From Saprolegnia diclina VS20 (taxonomy: Eukaryota), in assembly GCF_000281045.1 (NCBI RefSeq), contig NW_008246079.1:3735-67734 (forward strand): DNA of 64,000 nt. Direction: 5' to 3'. The notes under the pieces are model-generated. The model ran no database searches. It was not told where the DNA came from and saw only the letters and a list, made by a program, of their open reading frames with translations. The translations under genes were made by a program, and so were the position numbers. Shown one piece after another: positions 43,171 through 52,046 of the stretch; position 1 is the first letter of the stretch; each line of letters opens with the position of its first letter.

Positions 43171-43406
43171 CAACAGTCCATGGTCAATAATTGACCCATG
43201 AACAGTCGTTTTCACCTCTGGTCCGGATACAGATATGACGTGGCAGCATGGTACGCATCTTTCATACCATGCGACGCACACAAAATTGCGACGCGTATGT
43301 CTTTTTTGCTTTAATGTACCGCTCAATCTTGGCATTTGTATCGACACATATATTATCATTTAAAATGCGTCGACGCAAATGCAGACCATATCCCGCGAGC
43401 TCGCAC

Positions 43407-44590
43407 TCAGCACGCGTGCTTCTTGGGCACGCGACGCACGCAGTCCGAGTTGAGATTGCGCAAGAGCATCGTTGCAAAGCGGTGGGCGTTGGCTGCCGAG
43501 ATGTCGGCGGCATACGTGATCCGAGCGCCGTGCGCGTCATCGACGGTCGTCCAGCCGTCGACGGTCGTGTTGATGGGGACATTGGCGACAACCGAGAGCT
43601 TTTCTGTTTCGAAGCTTACGAGCGTCGGGTCCACGAGGACACCGGCAGCGAGCGGGTCCCAAAAAGTGGAACGCGTCAAGGAACGTTGGGCCAAAGCAGA
43701 TGGACTCGGTGACGTTGACGATCATCGACACGAACTGCGCGTCAGCAACGGACGACGACGCGAGCGCCTCCAGCGTCGCCCGCTCGATCGGGTACTTGTC
43801 CGTGACGTCGAGGCCCACGAGCTTGATGACGCTGGCGGCCGACGACGCAAACACGTCGCGCGCGGCGTGCGGATCCAAGTAGATGTTGAACTCGGCGACC
43901 TTGTTCTCGGCGACGGTGTAGAGGTTGCCTGGCGCGTGGACGGCGCCGCCCATGACAACAAGGTTGGAGATCTTGGCAAACGCTGTCGGGTCCTTCAGGC
44001 GCAGGTGGTTGAGCGTCGTGAGTGTCCCGGTCGAGAGGACTTGCGTCGCGCCGGCGTTGATGTGCTTCTGAAGCACCTTCCAGCCGTCGTCGAGAAGCGG
44101 GCGGGTGTCGAGATACAAGTTTCGGGGCGGAAATAAGAGCTGGTCGCGCAGGTGCAAGATCGAGTCAACGTCGTTGCGGCCGCACACGTCGGCTTCGGGC
44201 ACCGAGTCCTGATACAATGTGCCATTAGTTGGTTCGTTGACCATGTTGTAGCGGGCGCCGACGCCGACCTCGACACGGTCCGTGAGACCAGCAAACGCGA
44301 TCACGCGCAGGAGGCTCTCAATGCCTTCGTCGAGGTGCGACCAGCCGTTGCCGTCGACAACAACAGCCGTAACGTTGACCGTCGGCTCCTTGAAGAGGTA
44401 CATGAGCGCCATGAAGTCGTCCGTGTTGGCATCGACCACCGCTATCGTCGGCGTCGCGCCGGGTTGCGTGCACGTGTTGGTGGTTTCGACCTCGTCCGTG
44501 AAGAGCGTCGTTGGCGGATCGAACGTACTGGCGAGGACCGTCGCTGCGGCCACAACGACAGATGCAAGATGGCAAAGGATGTGCTGCAAG
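43407..44590 (-). pseudogene. Inosine/uridine-preferring nucleoside hydrolase family gene, probably secreted, with a 1-nt frameshift
   Basis: DANTDD, TGTLT, MGGAVHAPGN, AEFNIYLDPHAA and GLDVT in one frame; FWDPLAAG in another. The frames switch at the A5 run at 43661-43665. Confidence 0.8.
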
Positions 44591-44791
44591 GCAAGAGGCA
44601 AAGTGCGCTCCCGAAGCTTTGCTCTGCGCGAACGTCCCCGTCTCAACTCATAGATTATGCGGAGCTGATAGCAGCGCACTGATAGCTCTGTTACACGTTG
44701 CGCACATGCACTACGGGGCGGGACACAGCGAGCGATTCGCCTTTCATTATAGTCTTTCGTTATTGACAGGGTTCTCGCCGGGTTCTAAAAG

Positions 44792-47700
44792 CTACATTGG
44801 TAGGAGCTGCATCGCCAGAGGCATCGTGTACGGCGCTGCCCGCGCCAGCGGCGCCGCTTCCGGAATGTCGCTCTCTGTCGGCAGCGGAATCGCAAACACG
44901 CGCCAAAATTTAACGTCGACCGCGTAGACGGTCGCGCCACGGCGGTACGTCAAGATGCCGTTGACGACGGCCGACGCCATGTCGAGGTAGTAGACATCAT
45001 TGTAGAGCCACGTGTCGTGGCTAAAGAGGTACTTGGCGCCTGCGCTCAAAAACAGCGAGTCGACAGTGCACTTGGGCGGCGCGCGCCGAAGCCACCACCG
45101 CGTGCTCGCGTACAAGCCGATTTTGCACCCAAAGACGACACTGAGCAGCGTATACAGGCGCTGCTTTTGCCCGATCGCGATCGACGCCGTCGTACACACG
45201 AGCTGCATATCGATCTGCGCCACGCGGCAAGTCGGCGCGACGGTCGTGATCGGCGCCACCGGCGCCACACCCGAGAGGAGGCTCGTGACAGCCCAGACGC
45301 CCCACGTGTTGAGCATTGCGTAGTACGGCGTGTACGCTTGCGTGTAGACCAGCGCAATGTCGTTGACGACTTCGACAAGCCACGTGACCTCGGACGCGGC
45401 GAGCACGATCGTGTACCAGGGCGCTGGCGTCGGCGTGAGAAAGGAGACGCCGTGGCGCCCCGAGAGCCGCAACGTGCTCGTGGAGAGAAGCGCGAGGGCC
45501 GTGAGACTGCGCACAAAGACGAGTGGGCGGCCAACCCAGACGAGCGCGCCGACGCGGTTGAGCTTCATGATGTTCTTGCCTTCGACGTGGCCCCGGCAGA
45601 CGCAGATGTAGACGACGACGACGACCGTGAGCACCATCATCGCACACGTGATGTAGACGTTGCAGTTGCGCGCGTAGGTCGCAAACGTCGTCGGCACCTC
45701 GTACGACTGGACGTCCTGCCGACTCGGGTACATAAACTCGGAGAGCAGCGTGAGAGAGCCTTCGTCGCCGGCGAAGTTCACCACCGTGTGGTCCCCGACT
45801 GCCCAGTGGTAGAGAAAGCCCCACGCAAAATAGGTGAAATCAGTCTCGTCCAAGAGACCGGCGGTCGCCACTTCCAACGGCGCGGACGCGTTCCATCGTC
45901 CGTACTGCATCACGCGGACGTCCAGCGCCGTCACGGTCGTCGCGGCCAGCGTCTTGGCGTCGGTCACAGTCAGCGTCATTGGCACATACGTGGCAAGAAA
46001 GGCTGTCGCTGACGCAATCGCGTCGACGCACGTATTGACGTTGGTGAAGTCGAGGTCGCACGTGGCACTCGCGTTGAAGTCTGGCGACATGGAGGCCATG
46101 GCGACAGCAAAGAGCACGGGATCGGTGTTGAGGAGCAGCGGTGTTGCATAAGACGTTGCGTAGCAGCCGTAGTCGAACGCAAAGAGCGTGTTCATGCCCG
46201 AGAATCTAGTGGGACTCGCAGCGCTCGGCGGCAGCGCGTCGCAGAGCGGGGACCCGCCAAACGTCACGAACGAGCTGCGGGCCCACACAGGCGGGGCCGC
46301 CATTGCATTGTACTGGATGTCCAAGCCCGTGTACGCAGCCGCAGCACTTGCATCTGTCCGGAGTGCCGTTCGGACGCTCGTTTCAACCGCGGCGACTGCT
46401 GTCATGAGCGCCTGAGGCACGGGAATGTAGTGCATGTCGATGGAGCCAAAGGGGCCGAGCGTCGAGCGCACCGCGGCAAACCCAGGACCTAGCGGTGACG
46501 GCAGCGAGCCGTTGCGGAGAAGCACCGACTCGAACGACGCGTTGGCAAATGCATAGTCGGCGCTGTTGACGATGAGACTCGAGCCAAAGACACCGGGCGG
46601 GTGGTCCGTGGCGTTGGCAGTGACCCAGCGCAGGTCGTTCCCAAAGCCCCAGTACATTTTGAAGGACGTTTGGCTCGCGAACCGGTACGAGCCATTGAGC
46701 GCCGTGAGCGTAAACGGGTAGGAGAACCCGTAAGCGTTCTCGATCGTGTACGAGTTGAGGACGCCGACGGTCTTGTAGTTTTGCCACTGCATCTTGAACG
46801 CAGTGACGCCGTGCGCAAGCCAGTACGCGGCTTCGTCGAGGACGGGCAGCGCGATGGGCGACATGGTCGTCTGGAGCCATTTCTGCCCCGACGCCGACGC
46901 CCGCAGCGCCCGCGATATCCCAATTTCAAAAGCGTCACCATAGGCTGCCGTCCACGCGTCGCCATCGACGTTGCGCAGCACCGTCTCAAGAAAGACGGCG
47001 CCGTTGCTGACCATCGACGCGCAGCGCGTCGCCCGCGTGGACGTGTGCGCCAGCGACCACGTGCGATTCAGGTCCACAAAGCAGTAGGACGTTGCGATCC
47101 ACGCTGCGTCACTGGCCGACGATCCGCGGAGACCTTTGATCGTCTGGACCAAGCTCGTCGCGTACTGAAGTTCGTAGCGCGCGCCGACGTTGCCCGGGAT
47201 CGTCAGCGTGTACGTGGGCGCGCTGAAGAGCCCGGGAAGGCTCTGCAAGGTCAAGTCCAGAGGCGATGATACGTTGTTGAGAAGCAGCGCATGGTTGAGA
47301 TATGTCGCAATGTACGCGTGGATGCCTGTGCTATTGAACGTGGCCCATGCCAAGTCGTTGGCGAGCGTCACCTGCGACACCTCGAGGTACGTGATGGAGC
47401 TGAACGTCGATACGCCCAAGAAGAGAACGCTTGTGGTTTGGAGTAGTCGACGGGACCACCGGTGATACCATGTCACAGGAACGTACGCGTCCGAGAGCGG
47501 TGGGATCTGCCCCGTCGAGAGCCGACGCAGACTCATAATGGCCTCGAGAAGTTGATGGGAGTTGCGCTTGAGTCGCTCACTGCCGACAACCGAGTCGTCC
47601 GAGACAACCCATAGATTCAGGTCGAACGTGAAGCGCCACCGCCCGAGGCGCACTGGAATGAGTCCGCACATGGCACACGTCACGCGGTCGACCGGCGTCG

Positions 47701-50170
47701 ACTTTGAAAACCGTTGCCACGAGATGAAGCTCGTCGCGACGCCCGAGACGACGACCGGGCAGTTGTCGGGGACGCTCTGGCAATGCCGGCAAAGGATCGT
47801 GGCGGTGGCAACACCGATGCCGACGCTACCGAGCGCGATCAAACCAAGCGCTTCGGCACGGCTCGTGCAGCCAATACTGATACTCATGCTTTCGCAGTGA
47901 AGGTTCATGGCCATGTTGATGGCGGCACACTGCTTGCTCATGGTGGCCTCGAGCAGAACGGGGTCGGCAGCTTCCAGAATCACATAACTGAGCCAGACGG
48001 CGAGTGCGCTATACGGTGCGTACACGGCAGTGACACTGGGCACCACAAGCACGAGGAGTTCGGTGATGGCGTACGTTACCCACGTCGCCTCGCTCGCAAG
48101 CACGGCGATTTCGACCGGCGACCGCGTATTGAGCTGCAGCCGCGTCCACGCAGCGCCGAGGCGCACGAGCTCGACGTTGGCCGTGCTCAGTAAGAGGAGC
48201 GCAGTCGTGCCTCGAAGGAAGACGAGGGACCGACCGACCCATGTCGAGCCAACAACGCGGCTGAAGGCAAAGAGGTTGACGCCGAGGCCGGCGCAGTTGT
48301 CGCGGAGACCGAGCCAGAGACAGAGACACGCAACGAAGCAGAGCACAAACGTGGTGTAGACTGTGATGTAATAGACGATCTCGGTGGCATTCTTGATGTA
48401 GTGACTACCGCCGCTCGTCGCGTACGGCGTGCTGGCGTAGGCACTCGAGATCAAAACCAGGTCGCCGACATCGCCCTGCAGCGCAACGACTTCGCGAGTG
48501 CCCATGAGCCACTCGAGAAGCATCGCAGCACCGAAGAACGCAAAGGGCGTCGCGTCGACAAGCGGCTGGGACAAGAGCGTCCACTGCGACTGCGTGGCGG
48601 CGTCCGTCGCAAACTGCGTCATGCGAACATCGAGCTTGGCGAGATCGTTCAGCACCGAAGTCCCTTGGATCAAGCGCAGCTCGGATCCAGCAATGATGCG
48701 ATCGGCCGTCGCCAGGTATTGGAGACACGTTGGCGACGACGGCAAGGTGTCGAGGGCGCAGATGTCCCCAGGCGTCGGTGAAAGAAGGAGTAAGCGGCTC
48801 AGAAGCACTGTCATCGGCAGCAACGACAGTCGGAAGGGTGTGACACCCGTGCATGCATCGTCGTAGTCGAGGAGCGACTGCACGAACACCGTCGGTGCTT
48901 TCGAGAGACAAAGCGGATTCCCACCAGCAAACAAGTAGTTGCCAGTCGCCCACGACGCCGGCGCAGGAGCAATGACCAACGGTAGCAGTGTCACGATCGG
49001 TTTCGAGAAAGCATCCGTGCCGAGGACACTCCGAAACAGCACTTCCGATACCGACGCGTAGAACCGCTGGAAGGAGTCGGGCACGGGGACATAGTAGGCA
49101 TCAATGCCGTTGAAAGGACCGACGGCCGCTCGCACCAGCGCCGACTGATTGACAAAGACACCGGCGACTGTCTGCATCCCGAGGAGCGACTCGAAGCTCC
49201 TGCTGTCGCCAAGGAAGTTGGGCTCGCTCCGCACGAGACTAGCATTGTAGAGCCGGGCAAAGTAGAGGTCGTTGGCGGGATATCCACAAAACATAATGGA
49301 CGTCCATGGTCCAATATTCGAAGGCACGTTCTTGATGTCAACCGAGAGCGCCACCCCGAGCGCGTTTGTCAGTGTGATCGTCTCCGAAATCGACGGATCG
49401 CGGTCGTTGGTCCACTGCATCTGGAACGACGTGATGTTGCGACTGTACCAGTGCGCGAGCTCATCGGCCACCGATGTTTCGTTGCGCGCACTCGACGTCT
49501 TGCGCAACCACTGACGACCGTACGCCGACGCCTCCAGCGCCGTTTCGACACCGACGCTAAACCAGCCCCCGGGGCCGCCGTAGACAGCGAGGTACTCGTC
49601 AAAGTTGGTGTTGCGCAGGGTCGCCTCCATGTACACGGCACCATTAGCAGCGTACCGGGACGCGCACCGCCGTTGCCGCGCGGCCGTGTGTGCAAGCTCC
49701 AGTCGTCGTTCAAAGTCGACGTAGCAGAGCTGTGTCGAGAGCCACACCAGCTTTTGTGCTTTCGTGGCGCGCAGGTTGGGGATGGCATAGTCCGGCGACG
49801 TGAGCTCAATGTAGAGCAGTCGGCGGGCGTACGTCGGTGCGATGAGCGAGAGCGACGTCGGCGCTGTGTACAGCTTGCGCATGGCCATCCGCGGTGCGAG
49901 CAAGTCGACGGCGCCTGAAAACTGCCGTGTCGTGAGCTCGTTGTTGACCAAGTCCACAAGGAGCGCTTCGTAGCCGCTAATGTTGTAGCCGGACCACCAC
50001 AAGTCGTTGGAGAAGCTTGGACGCAGCAGCAGAAGGTAGTAGATGCCCGTTACGACGGCAACGACGACGTACGCGACACCGGCAAACGTCAGCCACGTGA
50101 CGTGCTGCGGTGGCGGGCGGCTCCGGACTCGGTGCGCGGACGGTGCGACGCGTGGGTGGAGTAGACGCAT
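44792..50170 (-). CDS. Giant intronless multipass membrane protein with two internal repeats, paralog B
   Basis: About 1790-aa ORF with the same twice-repeated motif series as 16374..21473 (NDL.W, C.VD…LAHT..R..RC, NGAV..E..LRN, WVGR.LVF.R, DVKFWR). Confidence 0.9.
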   Translation of the reverse strand: MRLLHPRVAPSAHRVRSRPPPQHVTWLTFAGVAYVVVAVVTGIYYLLLLRPSFSNDLWWSGYNISGYEALLVDLVNNELTTRQFSGAVDLLAPRMAMRKLYTAPTSLSLIAPTYARRLLYIELTSPDYAIPNLRATKAQKLVWLSTQLCYVDFERRLELAHTAARQRRCASRYAANGAVYMEATLRNTNFDEYLAVYGGPGGWFSVGVETALEASAYGRQWLRKTSSARNETSVADELAHWYSRNITSFQMQWTNDRDPSISETITLTNALGVALSVDIKNVPSNIGPWTSIMFCGYPANDLYFARLYNASLVRSEPNFLGDSRSFESLLGMQTVAGVFVNQSALVRAAVGPFNGIDAYYVPVPDSFQRFYASVSEVLFRSVLGTDAFSKPIVTLLPLVIAPAPASWATGNYLFAGGNPLCLSKAPTVFVQSLLDYDDACTGVTPFRLSLLPMTVLLSRLLLLSPTPGDICALDTLPSSPTCLQYLATADRIIAGSELRLIQGTSVLNDLAKLDVRMTQFATDAATQSQWTLLSQPLVDATPFAFFGAAMLLEWLMGTREVVALQGDVGDLVLISSAYASTPYATSGGSHYIKNATEIVYYITVYTTFVLCFVACLCLWLGLRDNCAGLGVNLFAFSRVVGSTWVGRSLVFLRGTTALLLLSTANVELVRLGAAWTRLQLNTRSPVEIAVLASEATWVTYAITELLVLVVPSVTAVYAPYSALAVWLSYVILEAADPVLLEATMSKQCAAINMAMNLHCESMSISIGCTSRAEALGLIALGSVGIGVATATILCRHCQSVPDNCPVVVSGVATSFISWQRFSKSTPVDRVTCAMCGLIPVRLGRWRFTFDLNLWVVSDDSVVGSERLKRNSHQLLEAIMSLRRLSTGQIPPLSDAYVPVTWYHRWSRRLLQTTSVLFLGVSTFSSITYLEVSQVTLANDLAWATFNSTGIHAYIATYLNHALLLNNVSSPLDLTLQSLPGLFSAPTYTLTIPGNVGARYELQYATSLVQTIKGLRGSSASDAAWIATSYCFVDLNRTWSLAHTSTRATRCASMVSNGAVFLETVLRNVDGDAWTAAYGDAFEIGISRALRASASGQKWLQTTMSPIALPVLDEAAYWLAHGVTAFKMQWQNYKTVGVLNSYTIENAYGFSYPFTLTALNGSYRFASQTSFKMYWGFGNDLRWVTANATDHPPGVFGSSLIVNSADYAFANASFESVLLRNGSLPSPLGPGFAAVRSTLGPFGSIDMHYIPVPQALMTAVAAVETSVRTALRTDASAAAAYTGLDIQYNAMAAPPVWARSSFVTFGGSPLCDALPPSAASPTRFSGMNTLFAFDYGCYATSYATPLLLNTDPVLFAVAMASMSPDFNASATCDLDFTNVNTCVDAIASATAFLATYVPMTLTVTDAKTLAATTVTALDVRVMQYGRWNASAPLEVATAGLLDETDFTYFAWGFLYHWAVGDHTVVNFAGDEGSLTLLSEFMYPSRQDVQSYEVPTTFATYARNCNVYITCAMMVLTVVVVVYICVCRGHVEGKNIMKLNRVGALVWVGRPLVFVRSLTALALLSTSTLRLSGRHGVSFLTPTPAPWYTIVLAASEVTWLVEVVNDIALVYTQAYTPYYAMLNTWGVWAVTSLLSGVAPVAPITTVAPTCRVAQIDMQLVCTTASIAIGQKQRLYTLLSVVFGCKIGLYASTRWWLRRAPPKCTVDSLFLSAGAKYLFSHDTWLYNDVYYLDMASAVVNGILTYRRGATVYAVDVKFWRVFAIPLPTESDIPEAAPLARAAPYTMPLAMQLLPM

Positions 50171-50791
50171 CAAGGCTTTCTGGCGCGAAACCAACTGCAC
50201 ACGTAACCGGCGACGACGATGTAACTGCAATGACCCACTCAGTATGCGAGACCCTTAGTCGACGTCCGTCCGCCTCTACAAGCGATATCTACCCACGCTG
50301 TTGTGCTGCTGCGCCGAGCTGCCTTCCACGCTCCGCGAGGTGGTATATTTGATCAAGAAACCGGTAATTTGCCTCATCTATTTACGCAAAAACAGTAAGT
50401 TGACGCAGAACACACCTCGGTATACACCGTTTTAAAAATCACGTGTGAAAAACGTGAAAAATATGATAATCAAATGTCCCAGGATTGCGAGCGTGCCACT
50501 GGTCGGTTCATGTGACGTCGAGCAGGCCCGGACGACGCGGCAGGTGACCGCTTGGCCATCGACGGAGATAACGACGACCTCAGACAGGGTGGGTCATGGC
50601 TTGGCGCCAGGCGTGACGCCAGCCCAAGCGACGCCAACCTAGAGGCGGCGCAACATTGCTCGCGTGACGATGTAGCAGCAGCAGACGCCGCATCATCCGA
50701 CGCAGTGCGCTGCGGACCATCAACGACGCACCTCGCGAGCTCTGCTCCGGCGCAAGACTCAGAAGCGTCGTCTCCATGTGGCGCGCAGACG

Positions 50792-51913
50792 ATGCTCGAG
50801 CTGCTCGTGGGCCCATCGCGTGATCCAGCAGACAGTGGGACGGAAGTCGACTCGGCCATGTCGAAAGACAGCGACGCCGAGAGCTGCGATACTCCAACGT
50901 ACGAGGCGGCTCGCGACGCGCCCGAAGGCTTTGGTGACTATATCGTCGAGATCATGCAGACGCCAGAGACGCCGCTGCGCGCTGGCGTCAAGGGCCCGTG
51001 CCCGCCCAGTGACAGCAATTCCGCGCTCAAGGTGGCTCGCCGAGTTATCCGGGTCATCTGCACTTCGTTTGAGACCAAGCTCGAGGCGTTTCGAACCTAC
51101 ACGACGCTCCACGGCCATTGCTGCATTCCCGTCAAGTTTTTGACTCCAATCAGTGACGACCCTGGCGTGGGCGACTGGTCGTCGTATCTACAAGGCCTCA
51201 AGCTTGGCAGGATGCCATTCCAGCTTCGGCAGGTGCCGCCGAAGCAGCTGCAGCGTATCGCGGCGCTGACCAAAATCGGGTTTCCATGGAGTCTCCGCCC
51301 CGGACAGGTGTGTCTAGAATTATGAAGGCTCAAAGCGCCATGTACTGGCTCGCGTTGAATATCTAGCTGATTTATGTTGGAATAAAACAGCAATTGTTGG
51401 CCAATCAATGACGCCAAGTGGCCGCGCCTCTGTTGGGGGCTGGCGTTGGGCTCGCTATGGGCAAGAGCCACCACCGAGGCGTCCGTACCACCACCAGATC
51501 CAAACCCGGCCTTGAAGCTGCAAGTTCTCGGCGTCTACTACTCGATCACGGGCCACTTGCACGTCTCGCCCAGCTTTGTTGTACCAGCCAATGCGGCCAC
51601 GTGGCCGCGTCACTTGTGGGGGCTTTCTATTCGACTACCTCCCGGCACCGAGACGCCGTTCGGTCGCTACCGCAGATCTGACGACGTCGACGTCGACTGG
51701 GTTACATGCTTTCAGGCGCTCGAGATGTTCCAGTTGCGAGAGGGCCACTGCTGCGTCCCGAAGGAGTACACGGTGCCGTGAGCCGATCGCATGTGGCCTC
51801 GATCGCTCTGGGCGTACCCTCTCGGCTCCGTCTTGCACAGTATCCGTGCTGGTCGTGCCCACCTGCCTCGGCCACATCAACAACGCCTTCTCGACCTCGG
51901 TTGGATCCTTTAA
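50792..51913 (+). pseudogene. HA-repeat pseudogene
   Basis: HA repeats (KLEAFRTYTTLHGHCCIP…IGFPW; ALEMFQLREGHCCVPKEYTVP*ADRMWPRSLWAYPLG…LLDLGW) are interrupted by a 99-bp foreign segment and an in-frame TGA at 51779-51781. Start uncertain. Confidence 0.8.
51303..51401 (+). repeat. 99-bp dispersed repeat, copy 2, inside the HA pseudogene
   Basis: About 94% identical to 1981-2079, same orientation, and more AT-rich than its flanks. Confidence 0.95.
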
Positions 51914-52046
51914 GACCTAACCCCGATAGAATCTAGTTGTCTCTCACTATTTTATTAACTCGGCGCACCCAACCCCGCGCTTTCAATGTCGAGTGCGATC
52001 AGAGCCTACTATCATTGTATCAACTATAAGCTCAGCTCTCATCGGC

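Noticed and set aside
31520..43200. The whole HA/Gag block as an intact LTR retrotransposon or other mobile element
   Set aside because: No LTRs, terminal inverted repeats, target-site duplication, RT, integrase or transposase motifs were recognised.
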